This document shows, in pieces, positions 63,382-64,000 of a stretch of 64,000 nt of DNA. The position numbers were made by a program, and so were the translations under genes. Origin of the DNA: Escherichia phage ECML-183-2; sequence record OL631481.1; one strand, 5' to 3'. Each line of letters opens with the position of its first letter. Position 1 is the stretch's first letter. Under the pieces are notes generated by a model. The model was not told where the DNA came from, made no database searches, and worked only from the letters and a program-made list of their open reading frames with translations.

Positions 63382-63819
63382 TTACAGCAGATCTAATGCT
63401 TTCAACTCTTCTTTCAATGATTCAGGCAGGTCACATTCAATGTCAATCAGAGATAACAAGTGACCAACAATGCCTTCCAGATGTTGATACTCACTATAAC
63501 TTATAAATTCAGAATTGTAAACAGAAACATCCTTAGTTTCTTTCACAACTTCCCCCGCAGACACACACATAAAAAAGTTACGCTCTCCGCGAGCTAACAA
63601 TATCTCCCAACTCCTGAACGGATACTGTCCAGCTTCAATAATATCTCCGCTGTCCAATAAAGTCAATGAGCAAACAGACCCTGATTCACTAACATCTTCG
63701 ACGCGGAAACAAGACCCTTCAATCAAAGCTGCCATTTTGAAATTTTCATCAGAAATCATAGAGAAAGCTTCACATGCAGCTTTGCTTTTGAAACAGTAAA
63801 CAGCATTAACTTTGAACAT
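63382..63819 (-). CDS. hypothetical protein
   Basis: 145 aa; RBS AAGGAG. Confidence 0.5.
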   Translation of the reverse strand: MFKVNAVYCFKSKAACEAFSMISDENFKMAALIEGSCFRVEDVSESGSVCSLTLLDSGDIIEAGQYPFRSWEILLARGERNFFMCVSAGEVVKETKDVSVYNSEFISYSEYQHLEGIVGHLLSLIDIECDLPESLKEELKALDLL

Positions 63820-63828
63820 AATAGCTCC

Positions 63829-64000
63829 TTATTTTATTACCGCAGTAGGCTCAATACTAACAACACCAATACGCTCATAGATCTCAACAGTAGAAATTGG
63901 ATATTCTTCCTTCATCTTTTTTGCTTCCGTGGCGATCTCTTCATAAGAATGTGACACCAATTGGACATTCATGCCTTTAACAATAGCATAGTGTTTAAAA
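63829..64000 (-). CDS. hypothetical protein, C-terminal part (gene begins beyond window end)
   Basis: frame checked open from 63999 down to tandem stops at 63839-63834. Confidence 0.35.
   Translation of the reverse strand, partial: FKHYAIVKGMNVQLVSHSYEEIATEAKKMKEEYPISTVEIYERIGVVSIEPTAVIK

Noticed and set aside
1-64000. CRISPR arrays, rRNA genes, IS elements or prophage attachment sites
   Set aside because: No regularly spaced direct repeats, rRNA-like sequence, transposase gene or integrase-sized recombinase was seen anywhere in the window.

Overview
This 64 kb window looks like part of a large virulent tailed-phage genome (about 39-40% GC by eye), densely packed with co-directional genes in four blocks. 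(1) 1-9938, minus strand: a head-morphogenesis module (large terminase, portal, scaffold, major capsid) plus an overlapped spanin-like pair, which implies a Gram-negative host. (2) 10146-12132, minus strand: a cluster of at least 12 CCA-encoding tRNAs with internal sigma70-like promoters and a terminator. (3) 13591-49440, plus strand: a long early/middle module with nucleotide metabolism (NrdA, NrdB, glutaredoxin, ThyX-like, HAD nucleotidase, MazG-like), DNA transactions (FEN-like 5'-3' exonuclease, DEDDy 3'-5' exonuclease, RdgC-like, ligase, Dam-like and C5-like methyltransferases), T4-type lysozyme, PhoH, two Ser/Thr-type metallophosphatases and several homing-endonuclease-like genes. (4) 49510-64000, minus strand: about 45 small genes typical of host-takeover or accessory functions. 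The most notable items are: a mini-intein splitting the Walker A P-loop of the large terminase; a three-gene RNA end-healing/sealing cassette (phosphoesterase, RNA-ligase-like, P-loop kinase) beside the tRNA cluster; a zinc-ribbon-less Sir2-family protein; an HslV-like Ntn-hydrolase; an RmlC-RmlD pair inside the nucleotide-metabolism operon; a small serine recombinase; and a five-copy paralogous small-protein family. All functional calls come from motif reading and gene context by eye; no database search or structure prediction was run.
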